This document shows, piece after piece, positions 1 to 9,652 of a stretch of DNA of 64,000 bases. The notes beneath the pieces were generated by a model that saw nothing but the letters and a program-made list of their open reading frames with translations, was not told the DNA's origin and ran no database searches. The DNA comes from an uncultured Verrucomicrobiae bacterium (GTDB lineage: Bacteria; Verrucomicrobiota; Verrucomicrobiia; Chthoniobacterales; UBA10450). The first letter of the stretch is position 1. Every line of letters begins with the position of its first letter. The stretch is taken from NCBI GenBank assembly GCA_963772365.1, contig CAVYXA010000001.1:832001-896000 (forward strand), written 5' to 3'. The position numbers and the translations under genes are program-made.

Positions 1-17
1 TTCCGAAAACGCAATGA

Positions 18-1202
18 TCAAGATCGGCGCAGAGTGAGGTGAATGACTTCCGCCGGTGCATTCACCCGCAACGGAAACCAATTCCCGACACCGTTAGACA
101 CGATCAATGTGCTATCAGCGCGCTTGTACAGTCCCGACCAGTATCGAAAAATAGCAGGTCCAAATCCGAGTTGTTCGTTCAACATCAATTGTCCGCCGTG
201 GGTATGACCGGAAAGGGTCAGCGGCATGCCGGCGTCAGCCGCGGCATCGAATGCATGCGGATGATGCGCGAGCAGAATCGGAAAAACATCCGGTTGTCGT
301 TGTTCCAGCAGTCTGCGAACGGCGCGTGAAATTTCCTGGTCATGATCTTTCTCGTGATGACGTGTCCAGCTCAGACCGAGTAATTGAACGGGCACACCGC
401 GAATCGTGACGATCGCGGATTCGTCCAGAAGAAACGGAATACCCGACGCTTTGACGCGGCGTTCGAATTCCGGGCCGTTCTCGATGAGGTCATGATTTCC
501 CTCGATCAGATACAACCCGAGACGCGGATCGATCGCTCGAACCAAGTCCAGACCTTCATCCAACGCGCTCAATGCGTCGTTAATCAGATCGCCAGTAAGC
601 AGAATCAGGTCGGGGCGCATTTCATTTACCGCTGCAACCATGTCGCGCAGCACACGTCCGGAAGTGAACCGGCCCACATGCATGTCGCTGACTTGCGCAA
701 TGGTGAGTCCATCAAGATCGCGCGGCAAATCGCGGATCGGCACGACGAAACGCCGAACTCGGAAGCGATTCAGTTGGCCAAGCGCGATGCCGGTCAGACT
801 AAAAGTTAAAACTGGCGGCAGAAGCGCCGCAGTCACACCAAGAAAATCACGCCGGGTGTAGTCGCTCCGATCCTGAATCGATTGTTTCTCGACCGGCCGA
901 TGCGGTACGAATTTTTGGACAAGCAACAGCGGCACGAACACGATCGCGAGGATCGACAGCAGACCTAGCCCGACGAAATGCCAGATAAAAATGGCGGACG
1001 TCGCAAACTTCGGCAGCAACCGGTCCCAACCGGTTTGCAAAAAGCGGCCCGCGATCAGCCACGTTAATCCCGCGAGCTGAGCGATCATAAAGATGGAAAG
1101 GACAATCCGGGCCCAGTTACGCGTGGTCGCGTGCGCCAGCACGATCCACCAAATGATGTCCAGTGCCAGCATCGATCCGATGATGGTTAAAATGAAACCC
1201 AC
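18..1202 (-). CDS. Membrane-anchored metallophosphoesterase (YkuE/YaeI-like, calcineurin-like)
   Basis: N-terminal TM helices; motifs SDMHVG, LLTGDLI, GNHD, LLAHHP, LSGHTHGGQ. Confidence 0.88.
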   Translation of the reverse strand: MGFILTIIGSMLALDIIWWIVLAHATTRNWARIVLSIFMIAQLAGLTWLIAGRFLQTGWDRLLPKFATSAIFIWHFVGLGLLSILAIVFVPLLLVQKFVPHRPVEKQSIQDRSDYTRRDFLGVTAALLPPVLTFSLTGIALGQLNRFRVRRFVVPIRDLPRDLDGLTIAQVSDMHVGRFTSGRVLRDMVAAVNEMRPDLILLTGDLINDALSALDEGLDLVRAIDPRLGLYLIEGNHDLIENGPEFERRVKASGIPFLLDESAIVTIRGVPVQLLGLSWTRHHEKDHDQEISRAVRRLLEQRQPDVFPILLAHHPHAFDAAADAGMPLTLSGHTHGGQLMLNEQLGFGPAIFRYWSGLYKRADSTLIVSNGVGNWFPLRVNAPAEVIHLTLRRS

Positions 1203-1296
1203 AATCCCAACTTAATCCGTTCAAGAACGCTTGTCGTCCGAACACTGGGCGTGCACTCACTGAAGGTCGGGTTTTGAAACATGCTACGAAGGAAGC

Positions 1297-1443
1297 CCTC
1301 ACTAGCGCTTCGCGTCCGTCTCTCCCGGTGGGAGAGAATGGGACAACGCCATCATTACGACGATGCGGCCAATCGCGAGTAACGCGATCCACCGAGGACT
1401 CTTCTTCCTCTCCCTCGCAGGGAGAGGATTGGGGTGAAGGTCC
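1297..1443. repeat. REP-like palindromic pair (CCCTCAC...CTCTCCC-N-GGGAGAG family)
   Basis: ctctcccggtgggagag near 1320-1337 and cctctccctcgcagggagaggattggggtgaagg near 1406-1440, in an intergenic gap. Confidence 0.55.
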
Positions 1444-1497
1444 GTGCTACTCTTTCCCGCGGATGACCTGTCTATCTGTGACACGGCTATAACTCAA

Positions 1498-2643
1498 ATG
1501 ACCATTTTTCTCGGTTGCGGTTTTGCGGCGAAATATCTCCAGGGCGGTGGAAATTTCTCGGTTCCATTGCAATGGATGCTCGGATTGCGACGGCTGAAAC
1601 TGGATGCGATCTGGCTTGAGATCCTTCCGGCTGAAAAGAATTCCCGCGATGACCAGCGCAAGATCGACAATTTCCAGCGACAGTTGCGGCAACATGGATT
1701 GACCGGGCGCTATTGTTTGCTTTATCAAAATCCGCGCGCCGGCATTCACGAACTCGAATCGATGCGCTGTCTCGGCATGTCCAGACGCGAGCTTCTGGCG
1801 CGCCTGGCCGGGCCGACCACGTTGCTCAATCTGAGCTATTCAATTCATCCACCTTTGCTGCTTCAGTTTGAGCGCCGGATTTTTTGCGATCTGGACCCGA
1901 GCGAAATTTTTTTCTGGATGACCAGGATGGAAATGGGCCAGTCGTATCACGATGAGTTCTGGACAATAGGGCTGAATGCCAACGCTAAGGATTGCGGAAT
2001 GCCGCGATCGCCACTCAAATGGAAAACATTTTTTCCGCTAGCGGATAGGAAATTGTATCAGCGTCGCCCGCGCCCGCGCGAACCGAAGTTTACTACGATC
2101 GGTCAATGGTATTGGAGCGGAGCGATTGAGGTGGGCGGCATATTTCCCGATCTCTCGAAGAAACAGGCGTTCGAACAATATCTCGATCTTCCCTGCCGAG
2201 TGCCGACTGGAAAGTTTGAACTAGCGATGAACATGAGCGCAGATGACCCGGAGCGAGAGCGCCTCACGGGACGCGGATGGCGAGTTGTCGATCCTCATCA
2301 CGTTGCACGAACGCCGGCCATTTACCGCCGCTATTTAGCGTCGGCACTGGGCGAATTCACTGCCATCAAAGGCGTGGATGTGGCCTGGCAAACTGGGTGG
2401 CTCAGCGATCGGGCTGCCGCTTTCCTTGCGCTTGGTCGCCCGGTCATCACTGAAGATACAGGTGCAGGAAAATATCTGCCGGCGGAAAGCGGATTCCGAT
2501 TTATCCGAAACGCCGATCAAGCCGAAGCCGCGGTGAAAGAGATCGTTCGCGACTGGCCCCGATTGTCCCGGCAGGCACGAGCCTGCGCGGTGGAAGTGTT
2601 CGATTCGGTCCGAAATCTGAAGAGAATTCTCGATCTCCGATAA
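1498..2643 (+). CDS. Glycosyltransferase-like protein (GT-B, CgeB-like C-terminus)
   Basis: C-terminal GWLSDRAAAFLALGRPVITEDTG resembles GT-B/CgeB-type proteins; ATG 1498 chosen within ORF 1444..2643. Confidence 0.6.
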   Translation: MTIFLGCGFAAKYLQGGGNFSVPLQWMLGLRRLKLDAIWLEILPAEKNSRDDQRKIDNFQRQLRQHGLTGRYCLLYQNPRAGIHELESMRCLGMSRRELLARLAGPTTLLNLSYSIHPPLLLQFERRIFCDLDPSEIFFWMTRMEMGQSYHDEFWTIGLNANAKDCGMPRSPLKWKTFFPLADRKLYQRRPRPREPKFTTIGQWYWSGAIEVGGIFPDLSKKQAFEQYLDLPCRVPTGKFELAMNMSADDPERERLTGRGWRVVDPHHVARTPAIYRRYLASALGEFTAIKGVDVAWQTGWLSDRAAAFLALGRPVITEDTGAGKYLPAESGFRFIRNADQAEAAVKEIVRDWPRLSRQARACAVEVFDSVRNLKRILDLR

Positions 2644-2860
2644 GTGGATCGGCTCGCTGCGGCGAGACGATGCTAATTCCATCGCCGCAGGGCGCTAATC
2701 TTTTACTCTTCGTGGCGAAACATAAATATTAGCTGCGCCTTCGGCGCACTTGTTTGCCAACGCGTTGAGGATAGCGCGTCCATCTTACATCTCCGCCCCC
2801 AAAAAGACCGCTCGATTTCACGTTGCAAAACGTTTTTCGGGTGATAGTCGTTGTGCCGTT

Positions 2861-3145
2861 ATGGCTGACTTGATCAAAGCAAGCGAGCTCAAGGAGCGCA
2901 TGAAGAAAATCCCGGAATGGGAGCTGGAGAAAAAGCACATCGAACGCACGTTCGAGTTCGACGATTTCGCCGACGCCGTCGATTTCGTGAATGCTGTGGC
3001 CGAGGTGGCTGACGACGAAGAACATCATCCCGACATCGACATCCGGTACAACAAAGTACGCCTCGTGCTCTCTACTCACAGCAAAGGCGGCCTGACCGAG
3101 CTCGATTTCGCTCTGGCGGAGCGAATCGATACGCTATCGGAGTGA
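2861..3145 (+). CDS. phhB: 4a-hydroxytetrahydrobiopterin dehydratase (pterin-4a-carbinolamine dehydratase)
   Basis: EEHHPDIDIRYNKV..LSTHSKGGLTELDFALAERID signature. Confidence 0.9.
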   Translation: MADLIKASELKERMKKIPEWELEKKHIERTFEFDDFADAVDFVNAVAEVADDEEHHPDIDIRYNKVRLVLSTHSKGGLTELDFALAERIDTLSE

Positions 3146-3159
3146 GCCCGTGCCACTCT

Positions 3160-3285
3160 TGTCATTCTGAGGGCAGCGAAGAATCTACGGTCACGGGAGT
3201 AAAGGTTCTTCTCGCAAGAATTAGTCAGAGATGTTTCGCTTCGCTCAATTCGCCACAGGACGAATCCGCCGTGGCGGACATGACA
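3160..3285. repeat. REP-like element (GTCATTCTGAG...AAGAATCT / AGAT.TTTCGCTTCGCTCAA..CATGACA) with a nested 30-nt palindrome
   Basis: Near-identical right half at 39211-39269; related element at 30651-30743. Confidence 0.75.
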
Positions 3286-3293
3286 AGGCGTTT

Positions 3294-3428
3294 ATGGTGA
3301 GAAATCGGGCGCTTCGATTTTGGGTCGCGACCATCTTAACCATTCTGCTCGTGATCGCGGTCTGGAAATTCATCGACTGGCGAATGCAGCCGCCGCCGCC
3401 GCCAAATCCGGTGATCAAAAATCACTGA
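3294..3428 (+). CDS. Small single-TM protein with Pro-rich tail (44 aa)
   Basis: MVRNRALRFWVATILTILLVIAVWKFIDWRMQPPPPPNPVIKNH. Confidence 0.45.
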   Translation: MVRNRALRFWVATILTILLVIAVWKFIDWRMQPPPPPNPVIKNH

Positions 3429-3859
3429 TCCGTTCGGACCTTGCGGCCCTCGTCCGCGTCGATGTAGGAAAACATTGTTTCGATCTCGGAACGGCCGGCC
3501 ATTCCCGATTCTTTTTTCCGGCGCTTCAGTGTTTCGGTGAGCTCGTCGTTCCAGCCGCGTTTTCGCATGAATTCGTTCCAGACGTAAATCTCGTCATCGG
3601 ACGGACGGCGGCCCGTTTCAAAACACCAATGCAAAATCTCGTCGTCGCTCCCGCCCTTTTTCGCACGATCGGCGAGCTGATCGTAATTGACCTTTAGAAA
3701 TCGGATGCAGCTTGCGTCGAAACCGCGGCCAAGGTTCGCCTGATATTCCTCCGGCAGTTCGCCTTTTTCGTGGGCCCGAATTTTATCGAGCATGCGGGCA
3801 AAATAGACCAGGCCACCTGTCCTTACGTAAGGACTCCGCAGATTAGGCCGAGGCATCAT
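3422..3859 (-). CDS. DUF5069-like protein
   Basis: LRSPY..GGLVYFARMLDKIRA..G.LPEEY and C-terminal TMFSYIDADEGR. Confidence 0.75.
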   Translation of the reverse strand: MMPRPNLRSPYVRTGGLVYFARMLDKIRAHEKGELPEEYQANLGRGFDASCIRFLKVNYDQLADRAKKGGSDDEILHWCFETGRRPSDDEIYVWNEFMRKRGWNDELTETLKRRKKESGMAGRSEIETMFSYIDADEGRKVRTDQ

Positions 3860-4046
3860 GCTGAGCCAGTTTGACCAATTTTCGGTTTTGTTTCAAGGGT
3901 TGTGAATAAGTCAGCGGGTTGCCTAGTCCGAGCGCCCCGCCACACACGGCGCAAAAGCCGAAGCAGAGAAGCCGGCTTTTATTCACATCCCTCGGAGAGG
4001 CCGATCCACCTTTTTCAATTGGAGTGGCGCGCTGATTATCGGCCCT

Positions 4047-4158
4047 AAAAAGCGATGCGAGGACGCATCGCACTCCAAAGCACTTCGTGCAAAACTGCAT
4101 GTGCGGCAATTTTCTTTTCGCGAAGTTTTCGGACTGCGATGCGTCCTCGCGTCGCTTT
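4047..4158. repeat. REP/BIME-like element (AAAGCG..GCACTCCAAA ... TTCGGAGTGCG..CGCTTT family)
   Basis: Terminal inverted repeats; related copies at 15611-15722 and 62107-62220. Confidence 0.75.
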
Positions 4159-4244
4159 CTTTCGGCTCGAATTGGTCGATCAGAATCTTCGTGGCCCGGT
4201 TTTTGCCTTAGCCATTTACTGGTTTCGGTGCGTTAGTTAATTTC

Positions 4245-5666
4245 GTGGATCGGATCGTAGGGATAGAGACTGAGTATGGTTGCCTGCTGAGCGATGACGA
4301 ACCGCACGGCAATTCCGATCTCTGGCCGGCCAAGGTCAAAAATTACCTGTTTCGGAAAGCCGCTGCCGGAACGATCGATTTGCATTATCGCGATTACGAG
4401 GAACCCCCAGGCAACGGCGGCTTTCTTCTTAACGGCGGTCGTCTCTACCTCGACATGGGCCACATTGAGTACGCGTCGCCGGAATGTTTGCATCTGCACG
4501 ATCTGGTCGCTTATGACCTAGCCGGCGATCAGTTACTTCAATCATCGCTGGCTGCTTTAGGCGCGGACGATCGGGTGTCGTTCATCAAGAACAATGTCGA
4601 TCATCACACTGGCGCAACATTTGGTTGCCACGAGAATTATTTGATGAAACGCGAGGCGCAATTCACGCCGCCGATTCTCGGAACGCTCCTTACGTTTCTG
4701 GCCACGCGACAGATTTTCACCGGCGCAGGCAGAGTCGGCCAGGCCAATCCGCTGGCGTTCGATTTTGAACCACCGCAGCCCGAAGCACAGATTCAGTTTC
4801 AACTGAGCCAGCGAGCCGATCACATCGTCAACGACATTTATCAATGGGTGCAGTTCAATCGCGCCATCATCAACGCCCGGGATGAACCTTTGGCCGATTA
4901 TCGCAAGTATCGCCGGCTCCACTTGCTAATCGGCGACTCGAACATGAGTCCGTTCGCCACGGCACTGAAGATCGGCACTACGGTTTGCGTGCTGGCGTTG
5001 CTCGAAGAAGGCCGATTGCCCCGCAACCTCATCCTGGCGGATGCAGTCCAAAGCACACGCGATATTTCCCGCGATTCGTCGCTCCGCTGGATTGTCGATC
5101 TTGAAAACGGGAAAGCCATCGGCGCGCTCGACGTCCAATGGCATTTCTATGATCTGGCTCAGAAACATCTGCGCGGTTCCAGCGCCGAGACGGACTGGCT
5201 GCTGGAGAGTTGGAGCTTTACTCTCGAAGCGCTCGAGCAAAATCGACAATCGCTCATCGGCGGAGTCGATTGGATCACGAAAAAATGGTTGCTCGACACC
5301 CTGATCGAATCCGAAGGCTTAAGCTGGGACGACCCCTGGCTGCAAAGTGTCGATCTCGAGTATCACAACATCAACCCTGAGCGAGGTTTGTTTTTCGGTG
5401 TGACGCCTGGAAAGAGAATTGGCGAATGGAATAATTACGTGCACCGCGCCGACGCGACGCTCACCCCGCCACAAAATACTCGAGCGGCCGGGCGAGCGCT
5501 CGCCGTAGCTGCATTTCAAAAACGCGATCTGCCTTATGTCATCAACTGGGACTCGATCGCCTGTGATAGCCGCGATTTTCTCGTAATGGGAGATCCATTC
5601 CAGAGCTATACCGACGAGGTGGAAAAATTCCTGGCAGGCGCACGTCCCCCAGATCCCGAAGCGTGA
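4245..5666 (+). CDS. pafA: Pup/UBact-protein ligase family (PafA/Dop superfamily), PafA-like
   Basis: GIETEYG, NGGRLYLD.GH.EYASPEC, KNN.D...FGCHENYL, SQRADHI, IINARDEPLAD..KYRRLHL.IGDSNMS, DLEYHNI, PPQNTRA, DPF motifs align with actinobacterial PafA. Confidence 0.88.
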   Translation: MDRIVGIETEYGCLLSDDEPHGNSDLWPAKVKNYLFRKAAAGTIDLHYRDYEEPPGNGGFLLNGGRLYLDMGHIEYASPECLHLHDLVAYDLAGDQLLQSSLAALGADDRVSFIKNNVDHHTGATFGCHENYLMKREAQFTPPILGTLLTFLATRQIFTGAGRVGQANPLAFDFEPPQPEAQIQFQLSQRADHIVNDIYQWVQFNRAIINARDEPLADYRKYRRLHLLIGDSNMSPFATALKIGTTVCVLALLEEGRLPRNLILADAVQSTRDISRDSSLRWIVDLENGKAIGALDVQWHFYDLAQKHLRGSSAETDWLLESWSFTLEALEQNRQSLIGGVDWITKKWLLDTLIESEGLSWDDPWLQSVDLEYHNINPERGLFFGVTPGKRIGEWNNYVHRADATLTPPQNTRAAGRALAVAAFQKRDLPYVINWDSIACDSRDFLVMGDPFQSYTDEVEKFLAGARPPDPEA

Positions 5667-5817
5667 TACGCAGCCCAAAGTTTTGCTTCCGGAAATGCGG
5701 TCGCATTCGCTTAGCAGTTCACTCCATTCTAGTTAGGCAGTGAAAAGCCAAACGAATCAGGCATTTGATAAATCTTGACTCGCTTCTGCTATTCACCGCA
5801 GTCTCAGAGGCAAAGCG

Positions 5818-8346
5818 ATGAAAAAACACATTAATCTCAGCATCGAAGCGTATCTTCTGCAAGGCGCCTTTTACTCACTTTTGCTTTTGGCTGCTTGCGC
5901 AATTTCATTCGCGCTGGCGCAGGAAAACAGTGCCAATCACGGCGGCGCGAAGCATGCGACGCTAGCAAAGCCAGGAAAGCAGCTCACAAACAAAGCAGAC
6001 AGCACAGCACAACGCTTCACACCTACTGCATCAGCAGACGCCGCTCCACCGGGGCACGCTTCGAAACCGCTGGTTCAGACCCCGAGAACGGAGACTCCGG
6101 TGAGCCTCTCCGCCACCGGCACCAGTAACCTCTGCCCCGAAGGTTGGAATACATCGACCACTGGCCCCCCGGAACGCTATCGTGGGGGCGCCTGCACCGA
6201 CGGAACCTTCGTTTATGTTTACGGCGGTAGTGACAGCGGCGCCAATTACCTGAACGATCTGTGGCGCTGGAATCCGGCAACGGAGACTTGGACACAGTTG
6301 GCCAACATGCCAACCGGCAAACAAAATATTCAAGGGGCGTATTGGAACGGGAAGATATATGTTCCGGGCGGTTACACCGGCACTCATATTACCGAGAACG
6401 CTATCTACAACGTGGCTACCAATACCTGGACAACTGGCGCACCTCTGCCGAATCCACAGACCGGAGCCAATGTGGCTTTCAACGGTAAGATTTACAATTT
6501 TGGTGGCAATCCTGGGCCCCTAGACACAGTCACTATATACAACATAGCGTCCAACACATGGACCACGGGCGCCTCGATGCCTGTTGCCATCAGCTATGGT
6601 CGCGCCGCCGTTGCTGGTAATTTTGCCTATTATGCGGGCGGAATCACTTCAACCACGGTGGTCAACACCCTTTATCGCTATAATTTCGCAGCCAATTCCT
6701 GGGCAACAATGAGCCCGCTCCAAACGGCGCGCACCAGCGAGGAACTAATGACATCTCCCGGTGGCGACAAGCTCTATGCCGTAATGGGTGGGGACGCGTC
6801 CTTCTTTACTGGCGTCCCGTTGGAACAGTCAGTGGAAATTTATGATATTGCCAGTGACGGCTGGAGCTATGGGGTTCCTGTCGTGACCAAGGCCGCGGCC
6901 CCGGCAGGCGGATTGGCTCGCGGCAAGGCGATGGTGCAGGGAGGCGTAGATGGCGCGACCTACTACGACACCGTCCAAGTTTCCCTGGTTATGCTGTGTG
7001 GTGGTTGCGAATATGGATTCAGGACGGGCACCGATTCGATCGTGCCGGGTAACAGCGATATTGGTAGTCACTGTGACGACTGTGACACGATGATAGCTCT
7101 TCCGTTCTCCTTTGAATTGTATGACCAGACCTTCAACGCGGTAAATGTAAGTTCGAATGGACGTCTGGACTTCGTAACCGCCAACGAACCCGGCGGCTTT
7201 GCGTCACAGTGCCTGCCCGCGTCGCCTAACCAAGGGCCCTATGACTACACCATCTTTCCTCTCTGGAGCGATTATCACACCGGCATAGTGGGAGAGGGTT
7301 GCACAAACTTCGCCACAGGCTGTGGTGTGTTTACCTCGGTGTCGGGCACGGCGCCCAACCGCATTTTTAACATCGAATGGCGCGTCGTCTATTTTGCGGA
7401 TCACAATCAGACGGCGAATTTTGAGGTTCGCTTGTACGAGAACAATCCTAACAAGCGGTTTGATGTAATCTTCGGCACCGTCCAACCGGGAAGCGACCAA
7501 CTTTATGGCTCTGGCGTGCAGGGTCCCCTCTGGGGCTTTACCGAGGACTTCTGCGATGTGAATCCCCCATCCGCAGGGTCACGTACTTACGCCTGCGCGG
7601 GCCCACCGACTGATTTCAATCGCGATGCCTATTCAGATTTAGTCCTGTACAATACTGGCACCCGTCAAACAGCGATCTGGTTTTTGACCAATAGCAGCTT
7701 TGCCGGGAGTTCCTACGGTCCAACTCCTCCACCCGGGTGGAACGTCGTTGATGTGGCCGATTTTGACGGAGACGGAAATTCTGATTACGCCTTGTTTAAC
7801 CCGACTACACGGCAGACAGCGATCTGGTATCTGTCCGGCACCAACTTTAGCGGCAGCTCTTATGGACCGACTCCGCCGAATGGCTGGGCTCTGGTGGCAG
7901 TTTCTGATTTGAACCACGACGGTCACCCGGATTTTGTTCTGTACAATGCGACGACGCGACGAACAGCCATCTGGTTTTTGAATAATAATTCCTTCACTGG
8001 TTCCAGTTATGGACCAACACCACCGCCGGGTTGGCTCGTGGCAGGTGTGGGAGATTTTAACCGCGATAGGAATCCGGATTACGTGTTGTTCAATGCCAGT
8101 ACTCGCCAGTCGGCAATCTGGTATCTAAGTGGAACGTCTTTTATCAGCAGTGCCTATGGGCCGACCATCGCCCCCGCCTACCAGTTGATCGGTGTGGCCG
8201 ATTTCAACCTGGATCGAAACCCCGACTATCTGTTGTTCAAAGCAACGACCCGACAGACTGCGATCTGGTATTTGAACAACAACAGCTTTGCCGGCAGCGC
8301 CTATGGGCCGACACCTCCGTCGGGCTGGGTCGTGGTTGCACCGTAA
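5818..8346 (+). CDS. Secreted Kelch-repeat / FG-GAP(VCBS)-repeat protein
   Basis: Signal-like N-terminus; about six Kelch repeats (IYVPGG, IYNFGG, WTTGA.LP); Cys-containing central domain; five 49-aa D.N.D..PD repeats at the C-terminus. Confidence 0.85.
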   Translation: MKKHINLSIEAYLLQGAFYSLLLLAACAISFALAQENSANHGGAKHATLAKPGKQLTNKADSTAQRFTPTASADAAPPGHASKPLVQTPRTETPVSLSATGTSNLCPEGWNTSTTGPPERYRGGACTDGTFVYVYGGSDSGANYLNDLWRWNPATETWTQLANMPTGKQNIQGAYWNGKIYVPGGYTGTHITENAIYNVATNTWTTGAPLPNPQTGANVAFNGKIYNFGGNPGPLDTVTIYNIASNTWTTGASMPVAISYGRAAVAGNFAYYAGGITSTTVVNTLYRYNFAANSWATMSPLQTARTSEELMTSPGGDKLYAVMGGDASFFTGVPLEQSVEIYDIASDGWSYGVPVVTKAAAPAGGLARGKAMVQGGVDGATYYDTVQVSLVMLCGGCEYGFRTGTDSIVPGNSDIGSHCDDCDTMIALPFSFELYDQTFNAVNVSSNGRLDFVTANEPGGFASQCLPASPNQGPYDYTIFPLWSDYHTGIVGEGCTNFATGCGVFTSVSGTAPNRIFNIEWRVVYFADHNQTANFEVRLYENNPNKRFDVIFGTVQPGSDQLYGSGVQGPLWGFTEDFCDVNPPSAGSRTYACAGPPTDFNRDAYSDLVLYNTGTRQTAIWFLTNSSFAGSSYGPTPPPGWNVVDVADFDGDGNSDYALFNPTTRQTAIWYLSGTNFSGSSYGPTPPNGWALVAVSDLNHDGHPDFVLYNATTRRTAIWFLNNNSFTGSSYGPTPPPGWLVAGVGDFNRDRNPDYVLFNASTRQSAIWYLSGTSFISSAYGPTIAPAYQLIGVADFNLDRNPDYLLFKATTRQTAIWYLNNNSFAGSAYGPTPPSGWVVVAP
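7612..8343 (+). repeat. Five tandem 147-nt (49-aa) coding repeats
   Basis: DFNRD..D..L.N..TRQTAIW.L....F.GS.YGPTPP.GW repeated five times. Confidence 0.9.
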
Positions 8347-8359
8347 TATTGATCCCAAT

Positions 8360-8402
8360 GCGTGGCATCGTCACGGTCTTATCGCCGTGACGATTGCCAC
8401 GC
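8360..8402. terminator. Hairpin between convergent genes
   Basis: gcgtggca-tcgtcacgg / ccgtgacga-t-tgccacgc inverted repeat just after stop 8346. Confidence 0.55.
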
Positions 8403-8486
8403 GACATTTCTAAAGATTTTTCCAGCGGATCATGCGTCCGCCAGTGCCTCCACCGACGGCAAATAGTCCAGAGTAAACCGAGAGAA

Positions 8487-8696
8487 TCAGTTCACCCGAC
8501 GCGATGGATTTCGTTTGCGGCTGGCGCGCGTCACTTTTACCGAAAGGCGATGTCGCGAACTTCCCGACGAGCGCTGTTTATTTTCTAGGCTCGCCATTTC
8601 TCGATCGATTTCCTGGATTTCTGCCATTAATGCTTGCCGCCGTTTGGAAAGTTTCATGAGCTCCTGCAGAGTCGTTCTCGGGAGATTCGTCACCAT
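8487..8696 (-). CDS. Small basic coiled-coil hypothetical protein (69 aa)
   Basis: ATG ORF co-oriented with the upstream ECF operon; heptad-like LQELMKLSKRRQALMAEIQEIDREM. Confidence 0.5.
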   Translation of the reverse strand: MVTNLPRTTLQELMKLSKRRQALMAEIQEIDREMASLENKQRSSGSSRHRLSVKVTRASRKRNPSRRVN

Positions 8697-8760
8697 GCGC
8701 TACCTTCTCGCGTCGGATCGACAACGCAACTCCTGAACACAACCCTGGCCGATTGCGCAA

Positions 8761-9102
8761 CTAGGATGGAAACTCGCGGGCCCTGGAAACAGCGGCGATC
8801 AAACTCAGCGTAATGATGGCAAGGCCACAGCCAAGCGAGATGGCGAATACCCACATTACCGGGAGCGCCATGATGCGCCCAAGCGCGACGGCGATGAAAC
8901 GACCGCCATCGGAGAGAACATAGGCCAGCGCGCTGGCAATCAGAGTAATCCCAAGAAGAATGATCGCACGCAGTGACTGGTGGCTCTGACGAACCGGCAG
9001 CTTTTGCAAGACGCTCCGGGTGAAGCCGCCATCGTCGATGTAGGGCGCGGCTTCGCGCAATTGTTGATCCAACCAATCTTCCCGCTCCACTTCGTCCATC
9101 AT
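8761..9102 (-). CDS. Membrane protein, probable anti-sigma factor (DUF5056-like)
   Basis: IDDGGFTRSVLQKLP followed by two TM helices, directly downstream of an ECF sigma gene. Confidence 0.65.
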   Translation of the reverse strand: MMDEVEREDWLDQQLREAAPYIDDGGFTRSVLQKLPVRQSHQSLRAIILLGITLIASALAYVLSDGGRFIAVALGRIMALPVMWVFAISLGCGLAIITLSLIAAVSRAREFPS

Positions 9103-9104
9103 AA

Positions 9105-9642
9105 TTAATTCGGCCCCCAGGCAGCAAGCATCCGTTTCAATTTTTCCCGGCCGCGAAGCACGTTTGTTTTCACCGTGCCGAGCGGAATGTCCAACACTCG
9201 TGATGCTTCGTCATGCGATAAACCATTCTGACAACAAAGCACGATGGCCGTGCGCTCGTGCAATGGAAGCAAACTCAACGCATGCATAAGATCGTGTTTG
9301 AGCGCAGGATCGACAGTCTGCGGATCCTGCTGGGCTTCGAGCTGGGCTTCGTCAATCCCGACGAGCTCTTTGCGGCGACGCGCATCTTCCCGGAAACAAT
9401 TATAAGCAATGCGATAAAGCCAGGTTGAGAACCGCGCTTCGCCCCGAAAACCGCGAATATTTTTGTAGGCGCGCAAAAAAGTTTCCTGCGCCAGATCGTC
9501 GGCCAGGGCCGACATCGGTGCGAGTAAGTTGCCGGAGGAGACCGCGCACGGTGGATTGATGCCGACGGACCAGCTCGCCGAACGCGTGCTGGTCATCATC
9601 GACAAGGACCCTGGCAACGAGGTTTGCATCAGTCAGCTCCAC
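9105..9642 (-). CDS. ECF RNA polymerase sigma-70 factor (frameshift near 9510)
   Basis: AFGELVRRHQ, ADDLAQETFLRAY, FSTWLYRIAYN, LSHDEASRVLDIPLGTVKT; N- and C-parts lie in different frames. Confidence 0.85.
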
Positions 9643-9652
9643 GGGGCCGAGG

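Noticed and set aside
3860..4244. Pup/UBact gene or structured ncRNA upstream of pafA
   Set aside because: No short ORF with a GG[EQ] or R[ST]G[EQ] end; the hairpins are explained by REP-like repeats and match no RNA family I recognise.
7612..8343. CRISPR-like regularly spaced repeats
   Set aside because: These are degenerate 147-nt coding repeats within an ORF; there are no unique spacers and no cas genes.
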